Positions 8,828-18,922 of a stretch of 64,000 nucleotides of DNA are shown one piece after another. The stretch is taken from NCBI GenBank assembly GCA_051251915.1, contig JBPOGF010000002.1, positions 1 to 64,000 on the forward strand, given 5' to 3'. The stretch's first letter is position 1. Each line of letters begins with the position of its first letter. Both the position numbers and the translations under genes were made by a program. Source of the DNA: Akkermansiaceae bacterium. GTDB lineage: Bacteria > Verrucomicrobiota > Verrucomicrobiia > Verrucomicrobiales > Akkermansiaceae. A model generated the notes under the pieces. The model did not search any database and was not told the DNA's origin. It worked only from the letters and a program-made list of their open reading frames with translations.

Positions 8828-9898
8828 ATGAAAGAAGGAATCATTAGGAAGTTTTTACGGGTTGCTGTGCTTGCCGCGGTAGTTGTTCACGGTCCTGGGA
8901 ATTTGGATGCGAAGCCTGCGGGGCCGGGGGATTGGTCTAAGGTTCGGTTGTTTGGTCATGCTTTTAGGAATGATGATTATACGGCGGCTCAGTATGAGTT
9001 TATTAAGGATAATTTTTATTTTTTCACGGTGGAGAAGAGGCATGCGAAGAATGTTTATGGGACGACTAGTACTGAGAAGTCGGCGGTAGAAACGGCTAAG
9101 AAGTTGGTTGCTAATAATGCTGAGGTGAAGGTTCTTTTTTATTGGAGTACGAATACTGCGTATAACCGGTATTATACGACTGTTAGGGATGTGGTGGCTA
9201 AGCATCCGGAGTGGGTGGAGGAGGTTAAGAAGGGGACTGTGCGGTGGACTTATCCTCATGATGAGGCTCGGAATTGGTGGGCTGATACGGCTGATGGGGT
9301 GGTGAAGGGGAGTGGTGGTGCTCTGAGTGGGGTGTTTGGTGATGGGGCGCCGGGGGCTAAGGCTCGGGGGCAGTTGGAGAGTGTGGAGGGGTGTCTGGAG
9401 CGGATGAAGAGCTTTGTGATTTATAATGGGTATAGGGTGCAGTCTGCGACTAAGTGTTCGTCTGGTGCGAGTACTTTGGCTCATGCTGACGGGGTGTTTT
9501 GTGAGGCGTTTTTTAGGTCATCTGTGGAGACGGCTGATGAGGGGGTGAAGTTGATGGATGAGTTGTTGGCGATTCCGGCGGATAAGTATATTTTGTGTCG
9601 GGGTGCTGGGGATGGTGCTTTTGGTAAGACGCATGAGTTTTCGTTGGCGTGTTATTTGATGGTGGCGAATGATTATTCTTTTTATAGTTGGGGAGGGGCG
9701 GAGAATTCTTATGCGGCTGATGACTCGCTGATTTATTGGTCTGAGGATTTTGGGAAGAATATAGGGAAGCCTTTGGGCAAGGCTGTGAAGAAAGGGTATG
9801 TTTATCACAGGGAGTTTGAGAACTGTGTGGTGGATGTGGATTTGAAGAATAAGACTTCGTCTGTGAGCTGGAAGTCGGAGAAGCTATTAAAGAAGTAG
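8828..9898 (+). CDS. putative glycoside hydrolase (GHL15/GH168-like)
   Basis: signal peptide; FSLACYLM..YSFYSW..IGKPLGKA..YVYHREFENCVVDVDL C-terminal pattern of this family. Confidence 0.6.
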   Translation: MKEGIIRKFLRVAVLAAVVVHGPGNLDAKPAGPGDWSKVRLFGHAFRNDDYTAAQYEFIKDNFYFFTVEKRHAKNVYGTTSTEKSAVETAKKLVANNAEVKVLFYWSTNTAYNRYYTTVRDVVAKHPEWVEEVKKGTVRWTYPHDEARNWWADTADGVVKGSGGALSGVFGDGAPGAKARGQLESVEGCLERMKSFVIYNGYRVQSATKCSSGASTLAHADGVFCEAFFRSSVETADEGVKLMDELLAIPADKYILCRGAGDGAFGKTHEFSLACYLMVANDYSFYSWGGAENSYAADDSLIYWSEDFGKNIGKPLGKAVKKGYVYHREFENCVVDVDLKNKTSSVSWKSEKLLKK

Positions 9899-9926
9899 TT
9901 CGTTCATTAACATGCTGGGATTTTGT

Positions 9927-11258
9927 TTAGGGTCTTAGTTGGATTTCGAAGCAGGAGACTGAGTGTGGGGGGATGGTGGTGGGGAGTGTGCCGGTGTTTG
10001 TGAAGTCGATGTTTTTGGTGTGGCCTTCGACGTCTTCTGGATTGGTCCAGGTTGTTTGGGAGACTGGGTGTCTGAGTAGTCTGTGGCCTTTTGGAATGAT
10101 GTTGATGGGGGCTTCGGTTTTGGTTTGGTTGATGGCCCAGACGGTGAGGAGGTTGTCTTTGATGAGGGCTGTGGTGTGGGAGAGTTGTTTGGGTTCTTGG
10201 ATGATTTCTAGGGCGTGGCCGTAGTTGGAGGTGCTGCTGAGTTTTTGGAAGAGGAAGTATTTAACGTTGCGGGTGGGTTTTCCTTTTGGGTTGAGGATGT
10301 AGGAGTGGCCTTGGTTTTTGGTGCCTAGGGCGAGCCAGCCGTTGATGCCTGAGAAGCCGGCGTTGATGGTTTCTAGCATGTAGTGAAATGAGGTGACTTC
10401 TTTTTCTTTTGAGGTGCTTTTCCAGCCGTGGAGTTCGGTATTCCAGATTTCTGTGTCTGTGCCTAGTGCTTGACGTGCTCGCTCGGCGAATTTGGCAGCG
10501 GTGCCGGTGCGGTCTGTGTTGTGAGATGAGGCGATGTCGATGGCGCTTTTTTCTGAGCTGGATAGGCTTTTTAGCCATTGGCCGCCTTGTGAGTAGTTCC
10601 ATGATGAGGGGCCTATGATGAGGGGCATTTCGGAAGGGGGGAGTTTTGCTTTGAGGTAGGCTTTGATTTCTTTTACGTCTTCACCTGTGAGGCGGCCGGT
10701 TTTGTCTGAGGTGCTTTGCCATTCGTTGGTGATGTCTAGGAAGCTGATCTTGAGGTCGTTTTTGCGCATGAGGTCGAAGTAGCGGAGGAGGTATTCGGCG
10801 CATTTTTTGGTATCTAGGTCAAAGTGTCTTTTGTTGTGGATGTCACCGGTGACCCATTGTGGGTAGGGGGCCCAGTGGGCTTTTTTGTCTGCTTCATTGT
10901 GTGGGCGTGGGGAGGCGAAGAACTTGATTTTTGGGTTTTCTGCTTGCATGACTTTCATCATGGGGAGGATTTTTGAGGTGTAGGCTTTTGGGTCTAGTTG
11001 GCCTTCTTTCATTTCGTATTTCGAGTTGATGGCGACGCGGACGTAGTCGACTCCTGTGTCTGTTAGGGACCATTTTGCGATGAGTTTGCGTTCTTCATCG
11101 TTTAGGTTCTTTCCCCAGTACCAGAGGCGTTCGTAGTCTATGCCGAAGCGCATTTTTTGTTGTTTTTGGGTGCTGATGATGAGTTCGTTTTCTTTGGCCT
11201 GGAGTAGTGGAGAGAGAAATAGTGCGATGGAGAAGAGAGTTGTGGTGATGCGGGTCAT
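9927..11258 (-). CDS. GH30-like glycoside hydrolase, secreted
   Basis: signal peptide; clan GH-A type motifs ITNE and IWNTE; C-terminal beta domain (IPPHSVSCFEI). Confidence 0.7.
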   Translation of the reverse strand: MTRITTTLFSIALFLSPLLQAKENELIISTQKQQKMRFGIDYERLWYWGKNLNDEERKLIAKWSLTDTGVDYVRVAINSKYEMKEGQLDPKAYTSKILPMMKVMQAENPKIKFFASPRPHNEADKKAHWAPYPQWVTGDIHNKRHFDLDTKKCAEYLLRYFDLMRKNDLKISFLDITNEWQSTSDKTGRLTGEDVKEIKAYLKAKLPPSEMPLIIGPSSWNYSQGGQWLKSLSSSEKSAIDIASSHNTDRTGTAAKFAERARQALGTDTEIWNTELHGWKSTSKEKEVTSFHYMLETINAGFSGINGWLALGTKNQGHSYILNPKGKPTRNVKYFLFQKLSSTSNYGHALEIIQEPKQLSHTTALIKDNLLTVWAINQTKTEAPINIIPKGHRLLRHPVSQTTWTNPEDVEGHTKNIDFTNTGTLPTTIPPHSVSCFEIQLRP

Positions 11259-11370
11259 ATGGATGGAGTGAGTTAGTGAAGGAGGCTACCATTGTGGGAG
11301 GGATGGGCAATTTAAAAGATAATGAGGGCTGTTTTCAGAGGTACATGTTGCAGAACATACTCCGTTGGCG

Positions 11371-11496
11371 TATGTTGAAGATGCAGATGAAATTTTCCTC
11401 CTCTATGCCTACCCTAAGAACAAACAAGAGAATATAACTGATAGCCAAGCTAAGATACTACGGAGCTTGGTTGATACCCACTTAAACAATGAATGA
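11371..11496 (+). pseudogene. C-terminal remnant of a RelE/HigB-type toxin
   Basis: YVEDADEIFLLYAYPKNKQENITDSQAKILRSLV*; overlaps the antitoxin start; in-frame TGA at 11323 and no ATG, so the N-terminal half is missing. Confidence 0.7.
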
Positions 11497-11779
11497 TTTA
11501 GATTTTCAGAAACTGTGCGATAGCATTAAGGAAGCAGGGGAGATAAGATCTGGGAAGGCTAAGCCTTCTCGTGTGTCTGTCTATGAAGCTCCAGACCCGA
11601 AGAAGATACGAGAGAGGCTAGGGCTTTCGCAGTCACGCTTTGCGGCCATTATTGGGGTGAGTGCTAGGACACTGCAGAACTGGGAGCAGGGGCGTAGGCA
11701 GCCAGAGGGACCGGCTACGGCTTTGTTGAGGGTTGTTGATAGAGATCCTGAGGCAGTTCTTCATGCTCTTCATTCATAG
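11489..11779 (+). CDS. XRE-family HTH antitoxin (HigA-2/NadS-like)
   Basis: IRERLGLSQSRFAAIIGVSARTLQNWEQGRRQPEGPA. Confidence 0.9.
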   Translation: MNDLDFQKLCDSIKEAGEIRSGKAKPSRVSVYEAPDPKKIRERLGLSQSRFAAIIGVSARTLQNWEQGRRQPEGPATALLRVVDRDPEAVLHALHS

Positions 11780-11794
11780 GAGGATCAACAGGAA

Positions 11795-12436
11795 ATGAAA
11801 ATGTTGCTCACCATCTTACTTAGTTTTCTGACATTCACGGTAGGTCATGCTCAAGTGGCAAAGTCTCCAGAGGCAGAAGAACAGGTCACTATCCCATCTA
11901 CTTTGGCGGAAGCTCATCAGGAACTAGAACGACTATTACCTAAAGAAGAGCTTGCGAAGATTGATGCTATGAAGATGGAGGATGAGATGGGTGAGTTGCA
12001 TTTTGGGATTGGAATGGTTCTGAGGAACTCTTGGGGATTGTGGGGAGATTCGCCGATGGCAAAACATATGCAGTCACTTGGCTTCATACACCCCGATCAT
12101 ATGTCAGGTGTGATACTTGAGACTTTTTGGTGTAAACGGCATGGCAAGGATCTGCGTATTAAAGAACGTGTCGCCCTCTACGCGGCCTTGCGGAAGGAGA
12201 ACAAGTGGCCAGGAGACGAGGTGGTTGATCCTGATGATAAGTCTATAGTGGATTGGAACTTAGCTTTTGGTGGAGAGGGGAGACCACATCGAATGATATA
12301 CATTGGTAAAAGTAGGAAGACTGGACGTTGGCTGGCTTTTGAGAACCCAACGGGGGTTTATATTCCAGGGAAGGATCTTTTGAAGAGAATTGAAGGTCGT
12401 AAAAAGGTTGATAGACTAGACCCATTTAGCGAATGA
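11795..12436 (+). CDS. secreted protein, DUF6794-like
   Basis: signal peptide; LHFGIGMVLRNSWGLW and HPDHMS motifs. Confidence 0.6.
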   Translation: MKMLLTILLSFLTFTVGHAQVAKSPEAEEQVTIPSTLAEAHQELERLLPKEELAKIDAMKMEDEMGELHFGIGMVLRNSWGLWGDSPMAKHMQSLGFIHPDHMSGVILETFWCKRHGKDLRIKERVALYAALRKENKWPGDEVVDPDDKSIVDWNLAFGGEGRPHRMIYIGKSRKTGRWLAFENPTGVYIPGKDLLKRIEGRKKVDRLDPFSE

Positions 12437-12508
12437 ATTTAGGTTGGAATTCAGCAGAGTTGCCAGAACTGCATGTGTCCGGCTTTTAGCCCTTTTAGTA
12501 TGGAGATG

Positions 12509-12544
12509 AAAAAACCCATGGTTGCGCTTTGCTTGCCATGGGTT
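12509..12544 (-). terminator. intrinsic terminator after thrC
   Basis: AACCCATGG/CCATGGGTT stem followed by a U-run on the minus strand. Confidence 0.7.
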
Positions 12545-12590
12545 GGAGTATGTTTCAGGCCGATGGGGCTGAGTGAGTTGACTGGTTGAT

Positions 12591-13892
12591 TTAGCCTAGG
12601 AAGTCGATGACTTCTTGTGGGTCTGGTTTTACTTGTTTGGCGACTTTTGGTAGGTCTGAGAGGCAGGCTAGGCGTTCTGGGATGTGGATGTTTCCTTTGC
12701 CTAGCTGGGCTTCCATGGTGTCGATGAACTTGGATGGGTGGGCGGTTTCTAGGATGATGGTGTGTGAGTCTGGGGATGCTTCTTGCCAGACTTGGGATGC
12801 GAGCCAGGCGACTGCGCCGTGTGGGTCGATGGTGTAATCGAGGGTTTCTTTGACGGTGTTGATGGCGTCGCGGGTTTCTTGGTCATCGAAGGCTAGGCCG
12901 CTGATGTTTTCGCGCATGGCTTCCCAGCTGTCGCCGAAGATGTTTTGCATGCGGGCGAAGTTTGATGGTGCGCCTACGTCCATGGCATTTGAGATGGTGG
13001 CGATGGATTTGACTGGCTGGTATTCTCCTTCTGCTAGGTAGCGTGGGACGACGTCGTTGATGTTGGTGGCGGCTACGAATTGTCTGACGGGGAGGCCCAT
13101 TTGGACGGCGATGAGGCCGGCTGTTAGGTTGCCGAAGTTTCCGCTAGGGATGACGAATGTTGGCTCGGCTCCTTCGTGGAGGTCTAGGAGTTGGCGGGCG
13201 GCGTGGAAGTAGTAGAATGACTGGGGGAGGAGTCTTGAGATGTTGATGGAGTTTGCTGAGGTTAGGTTGTGCTTTTTGGCGAGTTCTGCATTTAGGAAGC
13301 AGGTTTTGACCATGTGCTGGCAGTCATCGAATGTGCCTTCTACTTCGAGGGCTGAGATGTTGCCGCCTAGGGTGGTGAGTTGTTTTTCTTGGAGGTCGCT
13401 GACGCCGCCTTTGGGGTAGAGGATGATGACGCGGGTTCCTGCTACGTTGTGGAAGGCTGAGGCTACTGCGCCGCCGGTATCGCCTGATGTGGCTACGAGG
13501 ACTGTTAGTTCCTCAGTGTCGTCCTTGGTGAGGTATGCCATGAGGCGGGCCATGAATCTGGCTCCGAAGTCTTTGAATGCGAGTGTGGGGCCGTGGAAGA
13601 GCTCTAGGATGTTAGAGGTTTCTGTGAGTGGGACGAGTGGGGCGTCGAAGTTGATGGCATCGTCTACGATTTCCTTGAGGTCTTGGTCTGGGATGGCTCC
13701 TTGGAAGAAATTTTTGGCTACGTTGAATCCGAGTTCAGGGAAGCTCATGGCGCGCCAGTTTTCCCAGAATGAGTCTGGGAGTTTGTTGATGGTGACTGGC
13801 ATGTAGAGGCCGTTGTCTGCTGGGAGTGAGCGGATGACGGCTTCTTTGAGATCTACTCTGAGGTCAGGATTGTTGGTGGAGTAAAATTGCAT
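12591..13892 (-). CDS. thrC: threonine synthase
   Basis: FHGPTLAFKDFG PLP-lysine motif, ATSGDTG, SANSIN, PSGNFGN. Confidence 0.97.
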   Translation of the reverse strand: MQFYSTNNPDLRVDLKEAVIRSLPADNGLYMPVTINKLPDSFWENWRAMSFPELGFNVAKNFFQGAIPDQDLKEIVDDAINFDAPLVPLTETSNILELFHGPTLAFKDFGARFMARLMAYLTKDDTEELTVLVATSGDTGGAVASAFHNVAGTRVIILYPKGGVSDLQEKQLTTLGGNISALEVEGTFDDCQHMVKTCFLNAELAKKHNLTSANSINISRLLPQSFYYFHAARQLLDLHEGAEPTFVIPSGNFGNLTAGLIAVQMGLPVRQFVAATNINDVVPRYLAEGEYQPVKSIATISNAMDVGAPSNFARMQNIFGDSWEAMRENISGLAFDDQETRDAINTVKETLDYTIDPHGAVAWLASQVWQEASPDSHTIILETAHPSKFIDTMEAQLGKGNIHIPERLACLSDLPKVAKQVKPDPQEVIDFLG

Positions 13893-13940
13893 TTTTCTAG
13901 ATTATTTTGTGGCTGGGAGGTGGGATGTTATTGGTGATCT

Positions 13941-14891
13941 CTATGAGATTACGTGGACGCCTTTTTGGTTGATCTTGGAAACGTGGGCTTGGTTCTCGAG
14001 TTTGATGTCTGTGAAGACTTTGGAGACGGCTGCGGCTACTTTTCTGGCTACTTCTTCACCTTCACAGAGAGCGAAGACGCTAGGGCCGGCACCGGAGATG
14101 GAGAATCCGAGTGCTCCGTTAGATAGAGCGGCGCGCTTAGCTTTGTAGAACTCTGGGATGAGTTTCTGGCGGTGTGGTTCAGCGATGACGTCATGGATGG
14201 AGCGGCTGATCATGCCGTAGTCTTCCTGGATGATGCCGCAGATGAGTCCACCGAGGTTACCTATCTGCTGAGTGGCATTTACGATAGGGATGTCTTTTGG
14301 TAGTATTTCACGTGCTACCTTGGTGAGGATCTCGATGTCTGGGTGGACGACGGATGCCCAGAGGTTCTTGGGAACTGGGAGCTGAGCGATGTCTAGCTCT
14401 TGGTTAGAGCGGATGAAGACGATTCCTCCTAGGAGTGATGGGCCGACGTTATCTGCGTGGTATGCGCCGTCTGCGCTAGCTTCACCGGTCATGGCGAAGG
14501 GGAGGAGCTGCTTTTTGGAGAGTGGCTCGCCGATGAGTTTGTTTACTGCGTATACTCCAGCTACTGCGGAGGCTGCTGATGAGCCTAGTCCGCTGCCGAA
14601 TGGCATTTTCTTGTGGATTTCCATTTCGATGCCGCGGTCTAGCATACCGAGGTGGCGGAGTAGGTCTTGAGCTGCGACGCCTGCGGTGTTGCCTTCGACT
14701 GTCTTAGGGAGCTTGCCGTCATCGCCGGTGATTTTGGTGATGCGGAGACCTGGTTTGTTAGAGTGACGGACGATCACTTCATCGCCTGGGGAATCGATAG
14801 CGAAGCCTAAAACGTCATAGCCACACGCTACGTTAGCGACGGTGGCTGGTGCGAAAACTTTGACTTCTTTTAAGATTGGTGCTGGAGACAT
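13941..14891 (-). CDS. thrB: homoserine kinase
   Basis: PATVANVACGYD, GHMP motif PFGSGLGSSAAS, HADNV, SGAGPS. Confidence 0.96.
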   Translation of the reverse strand: MSPAPILKEVKVFAPATVANVACGYDVLGFAIDSPGDEVIVRHSNKPGLRITKITGDDGKLPKTVEGNTAGVAAQDLLRHLGMLDRGIEMEIHKKMPFGSGLGSSAASAVAGVYAVNKLIGEPLSKKQLLPFAMTGEASADGAYHADNVGPSLLGGIVFIRSNQELDIAQLPVPKNLWASVVHPDIEILTKVAREILPKDIPIVNATQQIGNLGGLICGIIQEDYGMISRSIHDVIAEPHRQKLIPEFYKAKRAALSNGALGFSISGAGPSVFALCEGEEVARKVAAAVSKVFTDIKLENQAHVSKINQKGVHVIS

Positions 14892-14996
14892 GAGCGCTTG
14901 TTACAGACGGTTGGAGAGATTTCAAGCAGATAGAACGACATGCATGGAAAATTTTCACCCTTGCATATCATGGCGCATGATTACAGACTCTTTGTC

Positions 14997-15560
14997 ATGC
15001 CTGATATTTCCAACTTACCGTGTGCTTCCAGCGGCCAGAACATTGTTCTGGTTGGCTTTATGGGGTGCGGGAAGTCGACTATTGGTAGGGAGATAGGCTT
15101 GCAGTTGAATTATTCCTTGGTGGATACGGATTGTCTGATTGTTGAGAGTGTGGGGATGGCGATTTCTAAGATATTTGCGGATCATGGTGAGGAGCATTTT
15201 AGGGATCTGGAGACGGATTTACTGGGGCAGATCCATGCCACTGAGTGCACGCATCAGATTATTTCTACTGGAGGAGGGTTGCCTGTTAGGGAGCAGAATA
15301 GGGAGTGGTTGAAGAAGTTAGGGTATGTGGTTTGGCTCCGTGCGAGTGTGGATACGATCTTGGATCGCACAGGAAAGTCTAATCATAGGCCATTATTAAA
15401 TACTGAGAATCCGCGAGATAAGATAGAGCGAATGTTGGCGGTGAGGGATCCGATTTATGCAGAAGTCGCTGATCTTACTATCAATACGGACGATCTAGAA
15501 ATTTCTGAGACGGTTCACGGTATCATTGAGAGTGCAAATTACCATTTCAGTAATTATTGA
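14997..15560 (+). CDS. aroK: shikimate kinase
   Basis: GFMGCGKST P-loop, GEEHFRDLE, STGGG, RPLL; start uncertain (14970 or 14997). Confidence 0.93.
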   Translation: MPDISNLPCASSGQNIVLVGFMGCGKSTIGREIGLQLNYSLVDTDCLIVESVGMAISKIFADHGEEHFRDLETDLLGQIHATECTHQIISTGGGLPVREQNREWLKKLGYVVWLRASVDTILDRTGKSNHRPLLNTENPRDKIERMLAVRDPIYAEVADLTINTDDLEISETVHGIIESANYHFSNY

Positions 15561-15642
15561 AAATACAAGAAGTCGGAGATTTTGGTTGCAAGTTTGTGTA
15601 TTTCGCTCATAGTTATAACAAGTTCAATTCCGCTTTAAAAAC

Positions 15643-16659
15643 ATGGCCATTATCAAACCTTTCTCTCCATTCACAGACGCCAAGGGCAAGTTGCCTTTTG
15701 AGTTAGTGCGCCCTGAAATCCGCAAGGTGGAGAAGCAGATACGTGAGCAGGTGGAGGCTTTTGACCCGAATGTGGCGCCGTATATTGACTATATTTGTAA
15801 TACTAGTGGTAAGCGAATACGTCCTGCATTGGCGATTCTGACTGGGGGGGCGATGGGGTCTATTACGGACGAGAATATTAAGATTGGGGTTATTTTAGAG
15901 CTGATTCATATGGCGACGTTGGTTCATGATGACATCATCGATGAGGCGACTACGCGCAGAAAGGAGCTCACGGCGAATGCGAAGTGGGGGAATGGAATGG
16001 CGGTGCTTTTGGGAGATGCGTTGTTTTCACATGCGTTGCTGTTGGCTACGGAGTTTGATGATATTGAGATAAATCGCAAGGTGGGTAGGGCATCACGTGA
16101 GGTTTGTGAGGGTGAGGTGATACAGAGTCAGCGAAGATTTGATATGACGCTTACGAAGGCGGATTATTTTAAGGTGATTTCTATGAAGACTGGTGCATTA
16201 TTTGCGGCGGCTACTGGGATATCAGCGAATCTGAGTGGGGCTGATGCGGAGACGGAGAAGGCTCTTTATGATTATGGGATGAAGCTTGGTACTGCTTATC
16301 AGATTTACGATGATTGCGTGGATCTTGTAGGGACTGAGGATGACATTGGTAAGACGCTGGGGACGGATCTGGAGAAGGGGAAGCTGACTTTGCCGATGCT
16401 GACTCTGTTAGAGAATGCTACTGATGAGCAGCGTAAGAAACTTAACAAGCGTATTATTGAGCAGCAGGCGCTGGACTTTGAGGTGCTGGTGGGGATAGCG
16501 GATTATGCGGGTGCGATTGAGAGTGCGCTGGATACTGCTGCTGAAATGTTGGTGGAGGCTAGAGATGGGCTCAACATTCTAACAGATTCTAAATACACCA
16601 CTGGACTTATAGATATTACTCGTTACTTGGATGATCTGATCAATAAGTGTCGGAAATAG
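15643..16659 (+). CDS. polyprenyl diphosphate synthase (IspB-like)
   Basis: GKRIRP, LVHDDIID, KTG, YQIYDD motifs. Confidence 0.93.
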   Translation: MAIIKPFSPFTDAKGKLPFELVRPEIRKVEKQIREQVEAFDPNVAPYIDYICNTSGKRIRPALAILTGGAMGSITDENIKIGVILELIHMATLVHDDIIDEATTRRKELTANAKWGNGMAVLLGDALFSHALLLATEFDDIEINRKVGRASREVCEGEVIQSQRRFDMTLTKADYFKVISMKTGALFAAATGISANLSGADAETEKALYDYGMKLGTAYQIYDDCVDLVGTEDDIGKTLGTDLEKGKLTLPMLTLLENATDEQRKKLNKRIIEQQALDFEVLVGIADYAGAIESALDTAAEMLVEARDGLNILTDSKYTTGLIDITRYLDDLINKCRK

Positions 16660-16677
16660 GCTTTAGCTTTTAAAATT

Positions 16678-17007
16678 ATGGATTACTCAGTATATAAAAT
16701 CATTCATTATGTTGGCATCTTTACGTTGATGTTTTCTTTAGGTTCACTTTTCACTCAGTACAATAAGCGTGCAGTGATGGGGCATGGGATAGCGTTGCTG
16801 CTTATCATTCTCGGTGGCTTTGGGATGCAGGCTAAGTTGAAGTTAGGTTTCCCTAATTGGATGATTGTGAAGATGGTTATCTGGGTGATCTTTGGTGCGG
16901 CTATCGTGCTGGCTAAGCGCAATGTTTTGAAGGGTGCAGCGGCTTGGGTTGTGATGATAGGTCTTGCTGTTGTGGCGGCTTATCTTGGCTTCATGAAGCC
17001 GTTCTAA
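16678..17007 (+). CDS. small 4-TM membrane protein (SirB2-like)
   Basis: hydrophobic; IHYVG, HGIAL, WMIVK, KPF end. Confidence 0.6.
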   Translation: MDYSVYKIIHYVGIFTLMFSLGSLFTQYNKRAVMGHGIALLLIILGGFGMQAKLKLGFPNWMIVKMVIWVIFGAAIVLAKRNVLKGAAAWVVMIGLAVVAAYLGFMKPF

Positions 17008-17044
17008 AGTTTTCTAGAGGTAAGTTTTCTAACAAATTAAAATT

Positions 17045-17599
17045 ATGCGATATCAATTACTCACAATGGCTTTCGTTTTCACGGGGATGGTTCAATCTGT
17101 TCCTGCGCAGGAAGCAAAAAAGGAAGTTTCTCAGAAGGTGCTTGGCTTGGAGCTGGGTGCTAAGCTTCCAGAGTTGACTGTGACAAATCAACATGGCAAA
17201 GAGGTGCCGATGGCTGCGGGTGAGGGGAATCGCTGGGTGTTTGTGTTCTTTTATCCGAAGGCTATGACTGGAGGATGTACTAAGCAGGTGTGTTCGGTGC
17301 GAGATTCTTTTGAGGAGCTTACTGAGCAGAAGGTGGTTGTTTTTGGTGTGTCTACTGATGGAGTGGAGGCGCAGATGAAATTTTCTAAGAAGGAGAATGT
17401 AAATTATACACTTGTGGCTGATGCGGATAAGAAGGTGACTCATGCATTTAAGGTGCCTTTGATAGCAAATAAAATGTCATCACGGCAGGCGTATCTTTTC
17501 AAGGATGGAGTGCTTGTGTGGCGCGATGTGAAGGGTGCTACGAAGACTCAGGGCGCAGAGGTTCTTGCGGCGATTAAGGCGAATTCAGGCTCTCAATAA
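17045..17599 (+). CDS. bcp: exported BCP-type peroxiredoxin (Cys)
   Basis: FFYPKAMTGGCTKQVC (PxxxTxxC plus resolving Cys), GVSTD; signal peptide. Confidence 0.85.
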   Translation: MRYQLLTMAFVFTGMVQSVPAQEAKKEVSQKVLGLELGAKLPELTVTNQHGKEVPMAAGEGNRWVFVFFYPKAMTGGCTKQVCSVRDSFEELTEQKVVVFGVSTDGVEAQMKFSKKENVNYTLVADADKKVTHAFKVPLIANKMSSRQAYLFKDGVLVWRDVKGATKTQGAEVLAAIKANSGSQ

Positions 17600-17631
17600 G
17601 TTTAGAGGAGAGCTGGAGGTAAGTTTTTCTG

Positions 17632-18918
17632 CTATTTGTTAAGCGGGATCACTATGTCATGGCGGAGGAATCTGCAGGTGTGGTCAGTCTTGGTGCACAC
17701 GTAGTAGAAGGCTGATGCTGAGAGGGTGGCTGGGAGTGAGTCTCCTGCTTTAGGGTGAATTTCAAACTCGATGACGCGGGTTTCTGAACTGCTGTCGGTT
17801 TTGGGGAGTGGTGGGATTTTTAGGTCGCGGATTTGGACTGTGGAGTTGGGGGGGAGGTGGAAACTGACGTTTCCGGCGTCGTTTGTCCAGGTGGTGTTAG
17901 GTGCTGGTTGGAGCTTGAGGTGGACTCGGATGGCGGATTTCTTTTTGTTGGTGGATAAGACTGTGACTGTGCTGCTGGTGACTAGGCCTTCGGTGTCTTG
18001 GGTGATTTTGTTTTCTGGATCTGGGTGTTTGAGGTTGATCTTGTCTGGGGTAGCTGTGTTCTTGGATGCGCGGGATGGGGTGGCGAATTCTGCGCCAGAG
18101 GGTTCTGCGATGAGTGGGGTGGGTGTTTCTCCGCGTGCGATGAGTTCTTGGCGGGCGGTGGTGACCCAGTCGTAGAACGAGTAGGGTTTGTCTAGGCGAG
18201 GGCCGTATTGTTGGATGCGACGACGCCAGATGTATTGATTAGGGTTGAGGTCTAGGGCGGTTTGCCAGTGGAGGATGGCTTGTGAGAAGTCGCTTGGTTG
18301 GCGTTTATCAGAGTCGAACCGCATGCGGTAGGCTACGCCAAGACTGAAATGAGCTGGTGCGTTTTTAGGGTCCTGAGCAATGAGCTTTTCAAGGGTGGTG
18401 ATTTCTTTGGGGAGGAGTTTGATGGGCTGTGTTTTTGCTTGGTTTTGATAGTCGGTGGCAAGGAATTGTTGGAGATCTTTTGGTTTGGGGTTGCGGTAGC
18501 GGATGATTCCATTTTGGTCGATGAGGAGGGTAATGGGTACAGCGGAGATGCCGAGGTCATTGAAGGGGTCTGCTAGTACTGGCCAGTCCATTTTTTGCCA
18601 TTGCATGTAGAGGGCGGCGCGGTCTGGGTGTTGTTCTTGGACGATGCCTGCAACGTTGAGTTTACCGGATTTGACAAGTGATTTTGTTTGTTTATGCCAA
18701 CCTGGCACATGTCTACGGCAGCCTGCTCACCATGAGGCGAAGAGGTGGAGCATGAGTTTCTTGTCAGTGAGTTCTGAGATGGAGGACTCTTTGCTGTCTT
18801 TGATGGAGGGGAGCTGTAGGTCTGGGAAGCGGTCTCCGGGCTTGAGGTCAAAGGCGGTTGCGATATTGGTAACTATTGCAAGAGTGATGATTATGTGTCG
18901 GAGTGGTGCTTTTAACAT
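17632..18918 (-). CDS. exported TlpA-like thioredoxin selenoprotein with TPR and C-terminal dithiol domain (428 aa, Sec at codon 64)
   Basis: ATG 18918; GDRFPDLQL...LHLFASW-U(TGA 18727-18729)-AGCRRHVPGW joins ORF 17632-18708 in frame; cis-Pro motif AVPITLLIDQNG; TPR (AHFSLGVAY...ALDLNP); C-terminal YYVCTKTDHTC. Confidence 0.9.
18693..18709 (-). promoter_or_regulatory. putative SECIS element
   Basis: UGUGCC-AGGUU-GGCAUA hairpin; AGGU starts 24 nt after UGA. Confidence 0.7.
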
Positions 18919-18922
18919 GATG

